This document shows, piece after piece, positions 26,601-38,600 of a stretch of 64,000 bases of DNA (the stretch's first letter is position 1; the number at the start of each line of letters is the position of its first letter). Where the stretch lies: positions 79,794,001-79,858,000 of the forward strand of contig JBITNC010000001.1 of assembly GCA_050084985.1 (NCBI GenBank). Reading direction: 5' to 3'. The notes beneath the pieces were generated by a model. The model did not search any database. It had not been told where the DNA came from and saw nothing but the letters and a program-made list of their open reading frames with translations. The translations under genes were made by a program, and so were the position numbers. Source of the DNA: Nageia nagi. Lineage: Eukaryota > Plantae > Pinophyta.

Positions 26601-29600
26601 GCCTATATAGGGATGATTTATGGCAATTAGATAAGCATATCTTATAGGAAAAAAATTTCAAGTTTTTTGTATCTTTTAATGTACCACAATTTTTCTTGTT
26701 TCTTTCCCATTTTTATGTGCCACAATTTTTTGTCGTTTTTCTCACCTTTTTCCCAAAGTTTTCTCCTTTCTTTAAATTTGGCCCATGGTCATTTTTTTTC
26801 CCGAACCCAAACTTGTATACACTGATTTATTTTGATGATTTGTTCATGGGGGATTACTTGTGTGTGCAAACTAGTAATTGGAGAGAGTGGAGGAGGGGGT
26901 TGTATAATGGGGGATAATCTTGTTAAGATTGATTGGAAGCAACGTTATCAGGGGACGCGTCACCCCCCCTTTTTTTCTCGTTTCCTCGTCCTTGACATCC
27001 CCTAGACTAGGGGACACCTTAGGGGACATTTCCTCGCCATCCCCTTTTTAGGGCGTACGGAGGGGAAGTCCCCAAGACTATTTTCCAAGGGGACATTTCC
27101 TTTTAAAATTTTGAAAAGCGGATGGCTAGGGGACGGCTCTTATACACTAAAAAAAAAATCTCCACTTTTTTGGGGGGTCCCACAAGGGTCTCCACCCCTC
27201 CAACCCTAAAAACATGCCTTGATATTCACATTGCAATCATTTTGTCATTTACACTTATTTGTCATTTATGACTTATTGACATATTTATGTCAAAGACTAT
27301 GTTTTTAGGCCTTGGTACATTCAAACTTAATGGCATTATGATTATTGACTATGATTATAAACTATATTTATCGCTCATTCTGATTTATCATTTTATCATT
27401 TATTATTTATGATTCAGATTTCTGATTTTCATTTTATAATCATCTTACATGTTACTTGTTAGTATGTTCCTAGTTACAGATTTTCATTTTCAAAGTATGT
27501 TATGTATTTAAATTGGTCCATGGATGAATCATGAATGCTAATAATAAATAAAACATTGAAACTATATATAATATCTACTTTTCTTAAATTTGAAAACTCT
27601 GAGGATTTTTTAGTATATATATACTTGTTGTCCCCCTCGCATTTCCTAAAGGTCGTCCCCTACCATCCCTGGGGACTTGTCCCCTCGTTCCCCAATTTGT
27701 GACAACCTTGATTGGAGGTTAGATGAAGAGATTGAGAGGATCTTGACTAAAGTTGGCCTCTCCCAGTTTTTCAATAAATCAAAGGGCTGAAAAGGCAACC
27801 TGTCAAAGCAAAGTAGCACAAACATGGAATGAGGGTGCAACGGCGTTTGTCAAGGTGCAGTTTCACATCTTGGCAAACCTAATTGTAGAGATTTCTGATT
27901 TGGCTCAGGAGGGGGGGCCTGGTGTTTCGAGACAAGCAATCCTAGCCTAGAGAGCTAGGCAAGTTCTTGGCGGGGGACGAGAAGGTATCCTAATATCAAC
28001 ATGGAATATATAGAGAGAACCCTTTGCAACCTTTGGATTGAATGGCAAAGCAAATCATGAAGTTTCTTACACTGGAAGGGCAATTTTGGGTGTTGTTTGG
28101 GTATCATCTTGCCTTCCTAAATCATATTAGGCATGAGTGCATGTCAACATCCCATCAAATCTATTTAGTTGAATCAAGATCCGTGCAAGATGTTAGAAGG
28201 GGGAAAGCAAAAGTCTCCCTCCATCAGGGTCTACTCAACCTTTGCTACAAGCATGCTCTTTAGACAACTTTGCCCAAGGTTGAAACAAGGCAAATGGTGG
28301 AAATCGAGAATGGAAAAAATTCCATCTTAAGAAAAGAATTTGTTGTTGGAGCTTCTGCAAAGAGGTGAATGCTCTCAATAGGAGGAATTCGTGGCGTAAT
28401 TTGTTTCCATCTCCTCCAACAAGAGAAGCAAGAGTTTCAATCATCAATAAGAGGAGGATTCTAAATTTCAACCAAGATTCCACGAGGCCTCAAGAACAAA
28501 TGAACGCATTACTAAGAACAAGGACTTGGGAGGTCATTTTTGGGGAATGGCAAGTATATTACCATTAAAAATTCCAGAAATTTTCAGATTTTTGTTTTTT
28601 TTGTTTTGGAATGGATATATAAGTCATTTTAAGGTTTGGAGGGGTTGATGACATTGGTGGGTCTGTCAACTATTTTAGCACACAAGGACTTATAATGTTG
28701 GGCCTTCCTTTTGCAATGATCTTTCATCTTGATGCATTGCTTTACTTAGTGGTAATGCAATTTAGACACTATGACCAACACAATAATCGTACAATGGAAC
28801 AATGATACAATATTATTGATGAAAGTGAAGATTCAAATACAAGAGTTATAATGCAATGGTAAGAAACTCTCACTGTGATGATAGCAATGGACTTGGTTAT
28901 CCCTTGAGAAGCATTACCTCTTGCTCAACTCAACAAACAATCCAACACAATCACTATGACAACCTCACAAAGAGATCCTTCTTACAACAAAATTGTAACC
29001 TTCTCTTCACTTGGATAATCATGAGCAAAATACAACACTTTGACACATTTATGATTCTTAACTTATGACACTAAGACTCAATACTTATCACACATATATA
29101 AACTTCTTCACAACTTCAACTCAACTTGACTTAACTTGACTTGCCTTCTCTTGGCTTGCACTTGACTTGCCTTCTCTTGGCTTCCACTAGACTTCCTTTA
29201 CATGACTTGCCTTCTTTTGGCTTCCTTTACATGCCCATAGCACTTCTCTATTTATAGGCTAGAGAAGGTATCTAGATTTTTCTACAACTTGAATTTTAAA
29301 TTACAATATATCTCCATCTCTAGAAATATCCATGAGATGCCACATGGATCTTTTGTCACATAACCATTTTCTAGAAACCCCTTTTAAATATCAACTACTT
29401 CCACATCATCACACGTCCTTTTGCCACATAATCCTATGGAAAATTCTAGAACATATATCTTCTAGATATTACCCATGGATACTTCCATGACTTACTTTCA
29501 CCATTAACCTTTTACCATTTACCATTTATTGTTTACTGTTTTACTTTTTACTGAACTTCACCAACTTAAAGCCCCCATAGTGCACTTGTAATACTAATTG

Positions 29601-32600
29601 TTGTTACATCACTGTCTCTTTATTCTAGTTGCTCCGTTATTCCATTGCGACTATCACTATAGCTAATTGGTGGGCATCGTTATCTTGAACAACAAGCTAG
29701 ATGCTAGGCACTATTACTGACAATGACACGTACCAGATACATAAAGAAACTATATATTTACTGGAAGAATTTAGCAACGACAAGTCTTACCCCCAATCTG
29801 TTTTGCACCCTTTTTTAAATTTTAGAGAGAGTTTTTTAAGTGTTTGACTGGCCACGACCAGGGGGAACGGTTCTGGGTGTTCTCCACAGCATTCCCAACA
29901 CCTCCTCCAGAGGGAGGGAATGCATTTTTGTTGATCCTTAATTTCAAACCTCGGAAGAAGAGCAACCAAAGAAGAAGACTAAGGTGAGTACAAGGGGGGC
30001 AAATGTAAAAAGAAGCAATTATCACCCTAGATGGGTACAACATATGGGGTCTAAGGTTGAAGACCCTTTTGGCTCTCCTTCCGCTAACAACAATGATGGG
30101 AAGGGGAAGACTAACAAAAGAGATTCGTTCCCATTGGAGGTGGAGATTTTGAAGATGGAGGAACAAAGCGAAGACCCCAAGTTTGATTTCTGTAAGTCAT
30201 CTCCCCTCAATCTGAATGAAGTGTCAAAATCACCCGTGATCAACCATTCCCTGGTGCAAGAGCATGAAAAAGTGGTGGGGTAGAAGGTTGGGGAATCCAA
30301 AATGTTGTGGAGAGAGTGAAGCCTCCCCATCAGCATAATGCTGGACTTACTTATGCTGAAGGACCTCTTTGAGTTGGTCAAGCACACCTGTGAAATCTTC
30401 AAAAGATTCATGACAGAGGTGGATGACTACATGAGTGCGACTACATAAAGTGCGATTTCAGGTATGCTGGCTGCAATTGCTTCATAGGCCTCAAAGGATG
30501 TAGTTGAGAGTAATGCTGGTTTTAAGCTGGCCTGTAGTGGGAAGCCTTGTGGAGTGTTGTCTCCTTGTAATGGTTTTTGCTGACATGGTCTTTGGTATGA
30601 CCGTTGTCAAAGGTGTTGGCTTTTAGTTTAAGTGCTTAGGAATCCTGGTTGAAGCTAGTAGTCTGCATATTTTGGCTGTTACTATTTTAAGTTTGCACAC
30701 ATATATGTATATTTTTGTAAGGTCTGATGATCCATAAACTATAAGATTAAAAATTTCAATTTAACCTTGCTAAATGGATCATTTCACACTTAAAATAATT
30801 AAGTGCTTGTAAAGGAAATTCAGGAATAAACTTGTAAACACAGAGAAGAGAAAAGCATTCACCATAGAAGAGACAAGCAAAAATTTATCCTGGTTCACCC
30901 AATGTGGGCTACATCCAGCTCAAAAGCTCTCTCTATCAATGGGTAGAATTACTTTACAAGGCCTCCTTGGTCCTTCAAAACCTCCTCTCACATTCACAAT
31001 ACACTCTCAGCTCTGAAAATCACAACAAAACTGAAACAATTCCTGAAATCTTCCTTCTTCCCTTTCCTGTACAATTTGCTCCCCTTTTATACAATTTTTG
31101 GAGCTAAAATTGGAGAGAATTACAACTAGGAAATTAGGTAAAAATCATATTTTTAGATACCCATTATCCTCCTTGATCTTCCTGTCAAATTTGGGCTCAA
31201 TTGGTTGCAAAAATCTCCCAAAAACGAGCTCCAAAACTGAAAAACACGCTCTCTGGCCTGTTGTAGGCTGTAGGATAAACTCAGCCCAAAAATAGGACCT
31301 TGGGCGAATCAAAAATCGCAACAAAAACATTACAAACGCCAAAATACATTAACAAATTTAAAAAACGGGCAGGTGCGCTGTGGTGGCGACATGTGGCAGC
31401 TTCTGGTAGCAATCAAACGGTCAACAGGCGGTACACGCAGGCGGTCAGCTAACTGGGCGGTCACGTTGGCGATCTGGTTGGCGGCCTCACGTGGCGGACA
31501 GGTTGCGCGCGGTCTCGCGCACGGATAGCTGGTCGTGGTCAACGAGTCAAACGCCACGGTGGCAGGCGGGTGGCAGACGGTGGCAGGTTGACTGGGCTCC
31601 CGCGTGGTCTCCACGGTGGTGGGCGGGTCCCGCCATATTTGTTTTTTTTTTTTTTTTTCAAAAATACCAAAATGGACTTAAGGCCATATCTTCCTCATAC
31701 GGACTCGGATTCTCGATCCGAAAGAAGCGTCGAAAAGCTAAAGACAAGACAAACACACTGAACACACTGAAATGGAGATTACTGAATGTTGAAGGGATCC
31801 AAATTTTCGGATCATCTGATGAGGGTGATATGTAGAGGGTTGGGGCCCTAATCCCCTTCTAACCATGAATAAAAAAAACTAACACCAAACAAACCACTAT
31901 CAATAAGTACAAAAACAACTTGTAACATCATTGTAATATCCTATTTTTGAAGACCATGTGGGCCCCACTAATTCTAATGTTGTATCATGTTAAAATTGGC
32001 TAAGTTAAAAGGTCAATATGGGCTAAGAAGTGGGACGCCTCTTTTTGTAGTGTTAGGAGTGTTTCAAGTATTAAAAATATATTGTTAAGGGATAATAATA
32101 CTAATTTAGGAGATAACATAATGTGGCTTTAAGTTGTGGAGGCCACATAATGAGAAATTAAAATGACTCTGTGTTTATATGCTAGGAGCACTCCATTTGG
32201 AGTATCTTTATGTCATTTGATTGAAATTCATTTTGAAGTTGAGGGCTGAACCCTTACCCACCTTCTGCAATGACAAGGTGATGTGCCCTTGCTCTTCAAA
32301 AATAGCCAATCTTGCAGCTGACGAGATGTGTCCTTGCTCCTGATTGGGAATTGGTGTATCTACTTCAGGATCTACACTCGTGCATCAGATTTCAGAAGTT
32401 CAGTTTGCAATAGGGTTTTGGAGTGGATTTTACAGTGTTTGTGGTGTGACCTGCCTCCTAGAGGAGGACATCCAGCCTAGGGATTTGTTATTGTGCATTT
32501 TAGTGGTTGATTTGTGATGGGTTTTGGCTGATCTATCCATTTGTACTTGCAGCATAATTTAATAAAATTTATATGGCCAGATCTATGCCATTTTGTGGGT

Positions 32601-35600
32601 GTTGGTATAATTTTCTTGGTTAATTGTATAGATCAAAACTTTTATTTGATAGATTCAAAATATTTTAGCTAAGATTTGAATGTTTTAATTTAGGGATTTT
32701 ACAATCATACTTGTTCCTCCACTGTGATGTTTGCTACTATGAACAGAAATTAACATTGCATTTTATATTTCCATTCACAGTATGAAAACAATTCTGTTAG
32801 ATCCATCAGATCATCCATTATGTTGTCTGAAAAGACTGCTTGTGGGTTATGGTAATTGCATTGTCAATTGTATTTCAAGATCTATATTAAAAAAAAATGT
32901 TTATATATGTAGACTCTGAAAATAAATCACATATATATTCTTCAATATGCTTTGAAGTGAAGCATATGATAAGGAGATATATTACCTTGACAGACCGCAC
33001 CTGCCACAAAAGCGGAAAAAACATGCAAACCAAAAACAAGCACGAACATCCATTAGAAATTGGAATGAAAGAGGATTTATATGCTAGAAATAACTCACAT
33101 AATCTATTTTTACCCCCAAGGATCACAAAAACCTGTCCCCATTGCATTGCTTCTATCCACTTTATCAAAAATTGAAACAACACATCCTTACATAAATCCG
33201 AGTAAGCCGAAACTGTTACTTCCCAAATTATCAATAAGTTAATAACCCTAGTCACATGGAGACACACAAAACCAGATTGGCAAAGTGTATTTTATTTAAA
33301 TGAGACAAAGTTCAACTCGTGTAAGCTTTAGATACTCATATCTCCCTACCTTGGTTCTAACTGATAGTGGATTTGCCACTGCAAATTTAAAAAACTGAGG
33401 AAGATGTTTGCGCTCCCCATCTGCATCTATGTAGGTGGCCATACAAACCAGCCTAGGCCATTCAACAAAATAAAATACATAAGCTAAATTCTAAATTCAC
33501 TAGCCCATGAACTAATCAAATCTAAAAAGCATTGGAAACTAAAGATTAACATTAATCAACAATGCAAAAAACAAATCCTAGATTTTGGGAAGAATAATGC
33601 ATCTCTTCTCCTCAGTTGCTAACAGAGTTCTCATGGGGAGCATAATTGCAAAAATCTGCAAATACATCATGATAAACACAAAAAACTTGATTTTTTCCAG
33701 GCTGGCAATAAATTACCGACTTAATTTAAAAAATCAATAGCAGCTGAAAAATCATAATAACCTACCTCAAAATCTTGAATACAGGACAAAAAACATAGGC
33801 ATACAGTTTAAAAGAAGTTTATATCTGGAATTTATAATTTACTCAGATTTTTTTGTTTTTTTTTTTTTAAACTATTTTTAAGATGTTGCTCTCTTCCAAA
33901 TTAACTTTCAGTATATATTTCCAATTTATTGTTTTGGGGGAGATTGCCGATAACTTACCAATCACAGTTTTTGGAACCATGTTGGCAAGCAAAATAGCAC
34001 TAAAACATTGAATACCAGAATAATTCAATAGTTTTGATGCACAGAAAAAAACTAGAGCGCCAACCTGCATACTCTTCCACTGGTCTGAAAATTACATTTC
34101 ATATACAGCTTTGAAGCTACCACTCATGATGCAGTAAAGCAACTTAAACTTGTGTATGGATCTATTAGCAGAGCCGTCCAGTCTGGTAGGAGCAGATAGC
34201 TTCACAATGAGTTACTTATTAAGATATAGCTTTTGTTCATTATCTATGATGAAGCCATTTGCTATATGACTTATTAATTAGATCTTGTAGTTGAATCTAT
34301 AGGAATGTTAACGGCAAATTATATGAAAGCTAGATTTTGGATTTTACAGATGGTCTGTACATTGCCTCCACTGCACATTTCTTGATTTGTGTTCTGTTTT
34401 GCGTGTTTTTCTATTGGCTCAAAGAGCCCCAGTACACATGAGGTGCAAGGAGGCTACATGTCTGGTGACAAGTGACAACAATGAGTTGCCTACTGAGGTA
34501 TAAGAATTATACCAGGCTAAGCAGAAAAGAACTATTAAACATATGTGCAGGAATTGTATTCCATTGAGGGGCAGCCTTAAGAAGATTTAGAGGATACCAA
34601 TTAGGCAACTTTGTAGCTCCTTTTTGTCACATGAAAAAAGACAATACAATTATCAGCATATATGAGAATATCAATTAGGAGATTTGATAGCTCCTTCATT
34701 TATCATGAAAAAAAAATGCAGTCAGTCTAGTTACTACTCTCACTTTTTCACCTGTCCCATTTGGGATTTTAATTGCCAATGGCAGATGGAACTTGACTGT
34801 TGATCAGTAAAAACTTTTATTTCTGTTCAGTGTTTGGATTAAAGCAATCTAAAGTTTTATTTTGCAGAAATTAAGAATCAGATCATAATTCAATCCTAAA
34901 TGATGCATGAGCGTCTTTTCTGTTCACACAATTTTGTATTGTGCAAATGTTATTTGTGTAGCAAATTGCCTTTTTTGCATTTAATATTATTTAGTCCTGT
35001 AGACTAGATGGCAGATCCATAGTTGGGTAATGAACACCCAACACTTAAGTCTTCAGGCTTCAAATGCAAAAGAATGAAGCACTGAATGTTGTGTGCCACT
35101 CCACCAACTGGGCATATTGAACATTGATGACAAACAGATTGAATGATGACTGCAAACATTCTCTAGTGCAGAGGTGAAGTCACTCCTAACTCCTCAACTC
35201 AAAACAAGGATGTGATAATTGTCCTCCATTACATCAAGTAGAAGCATGAAGAAAGAATCAGATAAATATTATACTTATTGGGTTTGTGTAATACAGTGAG
35301 CTCTCAAAAAACATAAGGAGACAACAGCTCCGAGCTTGCTAACCTCGCTATATGTTACAAGGGCTTTATGCCTTTACATACCTTTGGAAACACGGCAGCA
35401 GCTTGTATTATGCCATGTAACCTCGAGTGACATTGACAACCTCATTAAAAATGTGTTGATGGATCAACCATAGAATAAAAAAACATCGTTTAAACATGAA
35501 AAACAGTGTTTTTTCCATTTTTAGAAAATTTCCGAATTTTCATCAAAAATGGAAAAAACACAGTTTTTAAGTGCAAAAAAGGGGCCGTTTAAACGGCGTT

Positions 35601-38600
35601 TAAACGCGGAAAAAATGTCAAAAAAACATTGAAAACGTTGACAAGACGCAGGACTGGTCATGCATTTTTCAAGCTGTCTAAATGCGTTTTTTCACCCAAA
35701 ATACGCCATTTAAACATGAAAGGTGCCAGGAAAACACAGGAGAATCAAACGAAAAACACCCCCACCGTACCCACCGTTTTTGGCCTTTTTTACATCAAAA
35801 AATGGCATCCAAACCAGGAAAAAACGTGTCTTTCGAGCAAAAGACATGCCCAACAGAAGCAGAACACCTGTTTGGAAGGAAAAGACGCCAGAAAACGTTT
35901 TTGCAAGTCTAAACACCATTTAAACGGCTAAAAAATGCCAAATACGCCGTGCAAAACGCGAATGCGCTGGGCAGCTGGGGAGAAGGAATAAAGGGGGGGA
36001 AAGGTTTTTCCCCTCATTTTCACTTTGCAAGGCTTGGAGAAAGAGAGAGGATCAAGAGCATTGTTGATTGAGGGAGATTTTCCAAGACACCAAAATGCTG
36101 AAAGAGTTACATAGATTTTGGCAATATGTGACTCCAATTGAGGGGGTTCAAGGCAATTCTCAGCATTTCAATTGCAATCTATGTGGCAAGCCTAACAATT
36201 ACAAGGTTCAAAGGGCATCTTTCTTGGAAACCAAGAGCGATGTAGAGATTTTCCCAAAAGCAACTCCAGATCTTGCTTTGGACACAATTAGAGCCTTGGA
36301 TTTTATTGTTGAGAAAAGAGAGAGGAAACAAGCATTTCGAATGGAGCTAGGAGGGATAAGCTTTTCAAATGGAAATGTGTCTAGTCCAAGTGCAAGTGCA
36401 ACTGCAACTGCAAGTGCCAGTAGACCTATGGAAGTGGATACCCTGGAAGGGTTGGAGTCCATTCCAAATTTCAACCCCGAACAACTCCTGGATCCCAACC
36501 ATCCATTATGAGTATGTTGACAAAGAAGGAGAAGAAAGAAGCTGATTTGATGTTGGCCAAATTGATCTATTATGAAGGAGTTCCAATCCATATTACCAAG
36601 AGTGTATTTTGGCAACCAACGATCAATGCAATGGCTAACACTAGACCTAGGTATGTGGGCCCTACTCATGCAAAAATGCAAGGGTCTCTCATGAAGGATC
36701 TCAAGCAAGAAGTCCGTGATAGGTACATAAATAGTGATATCAAATTTCAATAGACAATATGTATTAAATTTTTTAAATTACTTTTTTTATTTAGTTGTTT
36801 TATAATTTATTGTACTTTTATTTTACTATTTTTAGAATGGTTGATATTGAAGAATCTTGGAAGTTATCGGGTTGCACAATATTATCTAATGGGTGGTCGG
36901 ATAGTAAGAGTCGAAGCTTGATTAATTTTTTGGTATACTCCAAATATGGGATAATATTCAAGAAATCCATTGATGCATCCGATAAGGCAAAAGATGCAAA
37001 CTTGTTATGTGACTTATTGGATTAGTTTGTGAAGGAGGTGGGGCCGGAGCATGTTGTTCAGGTGATCACAAACAATGCTTCTAGTTATGTTGCAGTAGGT
37101 AGCAAGCTCATGAATATGTATCCCTCCTTGCACTAAACTCCATGTGCTTGTCATTGCATTGATCTTCTTTTGGAGGACATAGGAAAAATGGCTTGGGTGA
37201 AAGCGGTGGTTGACCAAGCAAGGACAATCACGAAGTACATCTATCTTATCTTGTTTTATCTTATCATATTTTTTTCTTATCTTATATTCTTACTCTTAGA
37301 CTCTCTTGATTCTTAATTTCTTATCTTGTGTTACCAAGTATATTTATAATAAAACCACTGTTCTTAGTATGATGAGGAGGTACACCAACGGCAGGGACTT
37401 GTTGCGCCTAGGAGTTACACGTTTTGTGTCCAATTTCATCAACCTTCAGTTGCTATTTCGAAACATGCATGAGTTGCGTTCAATGTTTGTTTCTAGAGAG
37501 TGAAGTGATATAGCCTTGAGCACGAGCCCAGAGAGTATGGTCCTCTCTTCATTGATATCCACGAATGATTTTTGGGCAACGCTCAAAGAGATTTGTAGCA
37601 TGACAGCACCACTTGTACGAGTCCTTCGTCTGGTTGATAGTGATAAGCCCACTATGGGCTATTTGTATGAGGCTATGGCTATGACCAAGGAGGCCATAAT
37701 GCATTATTATATTGACCAACCTAATGAGGATAATGAGTTTGGTAACAAGCACATGGAGTTTTGGGCTCTCATTGATGAACGGTGGTGGAATATGTTGTAT
37801 CGCCCTATTCATGGAGCAGGGGCCATCTTAAACCCTATCTTGTATTTTGCACCAAACTCAAAATACAAGACTAATACTCATGCTAACTTGGAGCTAACAA
37901 AATGTGTAGCTGGTATGGTTTAGGATCCTACCACTCAATCCAAAATCTTCAAGGAGCTTGAGTCATACAAGCACTCAAGAGGCCTCTTTGGGTATCAATC
38001 AGCTAGAGAGGCGCATTTCACAATTGCTCCAGGTGAGAAAAATACAAAGTTCATGCATTACTTTTAAGTTTTAAGTTTATACATTTAGGCATTTAAATAT
38101 TTTATGTTTTCTGATTTGATATTACTACATTTTTTAGAGTTGTGGTGGGCGAATTTTGGAGGTGAAATACCTAAGTTGCAAAGATTTGCCATCCGCATCC
38201 TTAGTCAAACGTGTAGCACTTCAGGATGTGAACACAATTGGAGTGCATTTGAAAAAATTCACTTCAAGAAGCGCAATAGCTTAGTAATTTGATTCATTCC
38301 AATTATGATTCCTCTCAACTTTCAAAATGCAATGGAAATTTCTTACTTCTCGAATCTCACTCTCAATTATCATTATCTCAATTTTTTATGTTAATAGGTT
38401 GACAACACAACGCTTGAATGATATTGTGTACATTTATGTCAACCTACGATTGTATGTGAGGCAACTGCAAAAGAAGGATGAGGATGAGCCCATTAACTTG
38501 ACTACCATTGATCCCTCATATAGGTAATCTTCTTCGTTTTTACTCCCACCTAGCACCCCCTACATATGATTTTTAAAATATCTTGATAGGTCCTATAAAA

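Larger units (their letters stand above)
19974..26824 (+). mobile_element. hAT DNA transposon copy 1 (BED / DUF659 / hAT dimerisation type)
   Basis: Imperfect TIRs CATAGTATACAAATTTGG / CCAAACTTGTATACACTG; subterminal GGCGAA-like repeats; transposase motifs; TSD not preserved. Confidence 0.8.
19540..30750 (+). mobile_element. Fragmented L1-like non-LTR element (ORF2 tail plus a downstream ORF) interrupted by hAT, MITE and LTR insertions
   Basis: The reading frame rejoins across the hAT (MLKES|IYFDDLF) and across the MITE (MGDNLVKIDW|RLDEEIERILTKVGLSQFF); downstream IMKFLTLEGQFWVLFGYHLAFLNHIRH motif. Boundaries approximate and clade assignment inferred. Confidence 0.45.

Noticed and set aside
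31330-31835. GC-rich ORFs of 63-114 aa
   Set aside because: By-products of high GC in a repeat; no recognisable domain and they run through a poly-T tract.
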